Assembly (NCBI GenBank): GCA_963808235.1
Contig: CAWEEQ010000004.1
Coordinates: 544,001 to 608,000, forward strand
Origin: an uncultured delta proteobacterium
Lineage (GTDB): Bacteria; Desulfobacterota; Binatia; Binatales; Binataceae
Length of the DNA stretch: 64,000 nucleotides
Direction: 5' to 3'
Positions 60,812 to 64,000 of this stretch are shown in pieces (positions within the stretch are counted from its first letter, which is position 1; every line of letters starts with the position of its first letter). The position numbers and the translations under genes were made by a program. Under the pieces are notes generated by a model. That model saw nothing but the letters and a program-made list of their open reading frames with translations. It was not told where the DNA came from and searched no databases.

Positions 60812-61472
60812 AATATCGAACGGCGCGCGGTGTCCGAACTAGATCGGGACCGCGTTTCTGCTCGCCGCGGTGGTCGGCTCGGGAATAATGGGCGAGCGGC
60901 TCGCGGGCGGCAATGTCGCGATCGCGTTGCTCGCCAACACGCTCGCCACAGGCGCCGCGCTGGTCGCGTTGATTCTTACCTTCGGACCAATTTCCGGCGC
61001 GCATCTGAATCCCGCGGTCACGCTCGCCGAAGCGTGGCAGGGCGATTTCCAATGGCGCGACGTTCCGATTTACCTGCTCGCGCAAATAGCCGGCGCGTTC
61101 GGCGGCGTCGCGGCGGCGCATCTGATGTTCACGGCGCCGCTCTTCTTCGCGTCGCGGCATGAGCGTTCCGGCGCCGCGCAGATGTTCAGCGAGTTCATTG
61201 CGACGTTTGGATTGATCGCGGTTATCCGCGGATGCGGCCGGATGCGCCCCGCTCACGTCGCGTATGCTGTCGGCGCATATATCGCCGCGGCGTACTGGTT
61301 CACCGCCTCGACCTCATTTGCAAATCCGGCGGTCACGCTGGCGCGCTCGGCGAGCGATACGTTTGCCGGAATCCGCCCCGCCGACGTTCCCGGTTTTATC
61401 GTCGCGCAACTGGCCGGCACATTTGCCGCCGCACTCCTCTTCCGATGGCTACTGCGGACTGAGCTGGATTGA
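60812..61472 (+). CDS. AqpS-like MIP/aquaglyceroporin arsenite channel, 5' end disrupted by frameshift at ~60841
   Basis: [38 protein letters not shown]. Start not resolved. Confidence 0.85.
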
Positions 61473-61505
61473 TGTTACCTGATCAATCTTGGCCAGAGGG
61501 CGCGG

Positions 61506-62744
61506 CTAGCCATTTTCTTCTGGGCCGGTTTCCCGTTTCAGCAGCATAGCGTTCGACGGAACCGATTCGCCCTTGAGCTTGCGCGCGGTGTCTATTCCGG
61601 CCACCGGCAGCCCCTTCGGATCGAGCACTCCCAGTTGCGCAAGCATCGACGCCTGATCCCAGTAGATATGCTCGCTGCGAAGCTTGTCGCCGCGAAACTC
61701 GATTATCACGACCAGCGGGACCTCGACATATTTGCCGGTCGGCGCGATGCCGGGCGCCATGAAATCGATCTCGCGATCATGGGTGAAGCAGAACAGCACT
61801 TCGTCGACCACGCGGTCGGGACCAAGCGTGCGCGAGACCGGTACGATGCGCGTGTCCTTCGGCAGACGCGGAATGAAGTGGTTTTTGTAGAAGCGATGGA
61901 GTTCCTCGAAGCCGTATCCGCCGGTCATGGTCGGGATATGATTGACGTAGGCGTCGGAGGTCATCGTCGCCATAGTGGCGTCGGGGTCGCGATCGTTGAA
62001 CTCCTGCGCGGTGTGATTGTCCCACAGCGCGCTCAAATCGTACCGGGGGCCGAGCGCGCGCCTGAAAAGTCCGATCGAGCGCGAGCGCGCAAGCTGCGCG
62101 ACGAACGGATTGAACGACTCCCGCCGATCGTTATTGAAGGCGTGACCCGCGTCCGCGTAAAGGTGAAACTCGGCGTCCTCGTGCGCGCTGAACGCGGCGC
62201 GAATCTTCGCGCGCGAATCGGGCGGCACCGCGCCATCTTTGCCGCCGAAGTGGAACATGATCGGGCATCGGACTGATTTCGCTTCGTCAAGAAATGGTTC
62301 CATCCGGGTGCCGTAGTAGCTGACCGCCGCGTCGATACCGAGCCGCGCCGCCGCCAGGAACGCAAGGCGCCCGCCCATGCAGTATCCGATCGCGCCGACC
62401 TTGCCCTTGCACGCCGGCTCGGATTTAAGCGCCGCGATCGCCGCGCCGATATCTCTGACTCCCAACTCGCCGTCGAAACGATTGCCGTAGTCGCGCGCCG
62501 TCTGCACGTCCTCGGGGCCGAAGCCAAGCTCGACGCCCGGTTTGAGCCGCCAAAACAGGTCGGGCGCGAGCGTGACGTAGCCCTCATCGGCCCATCGATC
62601 GACGACCGCGCGGATGTGTCCGTTGACCCCGAAGATTTCCTGCAGCACGACCATCCCGGGCCCCGAGCCGCTCGCAGGCAACGCAAGGTAGCCGCCGAAA
62701 GTCCCGCCGTCATGGGATTTGATCGCGATCGTCTTGCCAGTCAT
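61506..62744 (-). CDS. Dienelactone hydrolase fused to SnoaL-like domain
   Basis: QEIFG, GYCMGG, AGHAF, then C-terminal VNHIPTMTGG..EHIYWDQAS. Confidence 0.9.
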   Translation of the reverse strand: MTGKTIAIKSHDGGTFGGYLALPASGSGPGMVVLQEIFGVNGHIRAVVDRWADEGYVTLAPDLFWRLKPGVELGFGPEDVQTARDYGNRFDGELGVRDIGAAIAALKSEPACKGKVGAIGYCMGGRLAFLAAARLGIDAAVSYYGTRMEPFLDEAKSVRCPIMFHFGGKDGAVPPDSRAKIRAAFSAHEDAEFHLYADAGHAFNNDRRESFNPFVAQLARSRSIGLFRRALGPRYDLSALWDNHTAQEFNDRDPDATMATMTSDAYVNHIPTMTGGYGFEELHRFYKNHFIPRLPKDTRIVPVSRTLGPDRVVDEVLFCFTHDREIDFMAPGIAPTGKYVEVPLVVIIEFRGDKLRSEHIYWDQASMLAQLGVLDPKGLPVAGIDTARKLKGESVPSNAMLLKRETGPEENG

Positions 62745-63113
62745 CAGATTTAAACCTCGCGACTGAAGCCGTTTATTGGGGCCCATCCCATATAGCACCG
62801 CAGAGCCACTGTGCGAGAGCCATAGAACGACTGTGGCGAAATGCGACAGTTGTCGTATGACTCCGGCACATCGAGTGTAGCTCGGGCAGTCATAGCCAAC
62901 CGCGGGCGCATCGAGGCTGAATACGCGCCACCCTTGGTTCCGCGCGGTGATCGAGAATTATCTGCCTTTTGCAGCATAAATCACTCAAAAGAGGGTTTTG
63001 CAGGCAGTGAGAAGTAATCATCCGTTAATCATCTTCAAACGGTGTAATACTTGCTCTAGTTAGCTTTACGACGCGCGGCTTTAGCATACGATAGGCGCAT
63101 CGGGAGGCATTGA

Positions 63114-64000
63114 TTGAAAGACCATCGCAAGACCGCATTCAGACCGCCTGCGCTACTGAGCTTGATAGTCGGGGCAGCAATCGCGCTCGGGGCTGGCACG
63201 TCGTGGACGCCCCGGCTCGTGACGTTGGCGCATGCGCAGACTCCGCCGCCGGCAGCAGTGCAGATAGCTGGCGTGCAGTCGGTCGCGGGCAGCCACGCGC
63301 TCGTGAACTTTTCCGATCTGGCGGCCATCGGTGCCCAGGCGCGAGGCGCGGAACATCGCGCGCCGGTTGCGATCCATCGGCCGCTCAGGGGCCATCCTGG
63401 CGAAGTTCTGGAGACCGACGAAGGCGAAGGCTTCCGCGCCGATGCCGACGCTGCCACGACTGCCGGCGCCGAAGACCAAATCGCGCGCCGCCGTCGCCAT
63501 CGCGTTCGCAACGCGAACTTCGCCGGACCCGGTGACAACGGTACGGTCACGCCGCCCGACACGCAGGGCACCGTTGGCCCGAACCATCTGATGGTCACGT
63601 TGAACAACAATGTGACGATCGAATCGCGCACCGGAACAATACTTCATACCGTTTCGATCGCAGGATTCTGGTCGAGCCTCGGCAACATCAACGAGGCGTT
63701 CGATCCTCGCGTGCTGTACGATCCTTATGCGGGCCGCTGGATCATCTCGTCGGGCGCAAACGCGGCGGCGCCGTCGGCGTCCATCCTGATCGGAGTCTCC
63801 GCGACCAGCGATCCCACCGGCCTATGGTACCTTTACAAAGTCCCGCTGGGTGGCGAGAGTTGGGCCGACTATCCCACCCTTGGCTTCAACGGCGACTGGA
63901 TCGTCGTGCAGGCGAATATCTTCACGGTCGCCGACACCTCGTTTGTCGCGTCGAACATATATGCATTCAACAAGGCTGACCTGTACGCAGGCGGCGCTGG
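63114..64000 (+). CDS. Secreted putative beta-propeller protein, truncated by window end (probable frameshifts near 5' end)
   Basis: GGAGG RBS and signal-like segment. Open frame to the end with PPDTQGTVGPNH, FDPRVLYD, VSATSDPTG, WADYPTLGFN. Confidence 0.7.
   Translation, partial: MKDHRKTAFRPPALLSLIVGAAIALGAGTSWTPRLVTLAHAQTPPPAAVQIAGVQSVAGSHALVNFSDLAAIGAQARGAEHRAPVAIHRPLRGHPGEVLETDEGEGFRADADAATTAGAEDQIARRRRHRVRNANFAGPGDNGTVTPPDTQGTVGPNHLMVTLNNNVTIESRTGTILHTVSIAGFWSSLGNINEAFDPRVLYDPYAGRWIISSGANAAAPSASILIGVSATSDPTGLWYLYKVPLGGESWADYPTLGFNGDWIVVQANIFTVADTSFVASNIYAFNKADLYAGGA

Noticed and set aside
53183-64000. Genomic island integrated at tRNA-Asp (RND and ars genes)
   Set aside because: The tRNA 3' end faces rplM. 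No integrase, att duplication or evident compositional shift was seen.

Overview
A 64-kb high-GC bacterial chromosomal segment. Gene content and style suggest a soil Candidatus Binatota/Binataceae-like organism (inference, not verified). It is mostly housekeeping: rpsF-priB-like-rpsR-DUF2232-rplI, glgC/lpxL/PMM/manC, a PBP1-type enzyme, trmI, a solitary secF, an isc operon (iscS-U-A-hscB-hscA-iscX), an ethylmalonyl-CoA-type cluster (ccr opposite MaoC-acyl-CoA dehydrogenase-MaoC-CitE-family lyase), argC, a FecR/beta-barrel/CHASE2-cyclase trio, tRNA-Asp-rplM-rpsI, an RND pump and an ars operon. No integrase, transposase or CRISPR array was seen. About eight single-base frameshifts lie in otherwise intact genes and are probably sequencing errors. 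The most unusual features are: (1) three tandem secreted, Cys-capped proteins made of 10/20-residue Thr/Ala/Ser repeats that resemble a flat beta-solenoid ice-binding fold, each preceded by a remnant of the neighbouring cyclase 3' end; (2) an ~880-bp transposase-free element with nested, hairpin-rich inverted arms around a small membrane-protein gene; (3) two tandem secreted low-complexity proteins sharing sigma-54 promoters, upstream motifs, terminators and one short Cys-containing domain; (4) an acetolactate decarboxylase with an N-terminal ribbon-helix-helix domain, coupled to the RND pump. All product calls come from motif recognition by eye; no searches were run.
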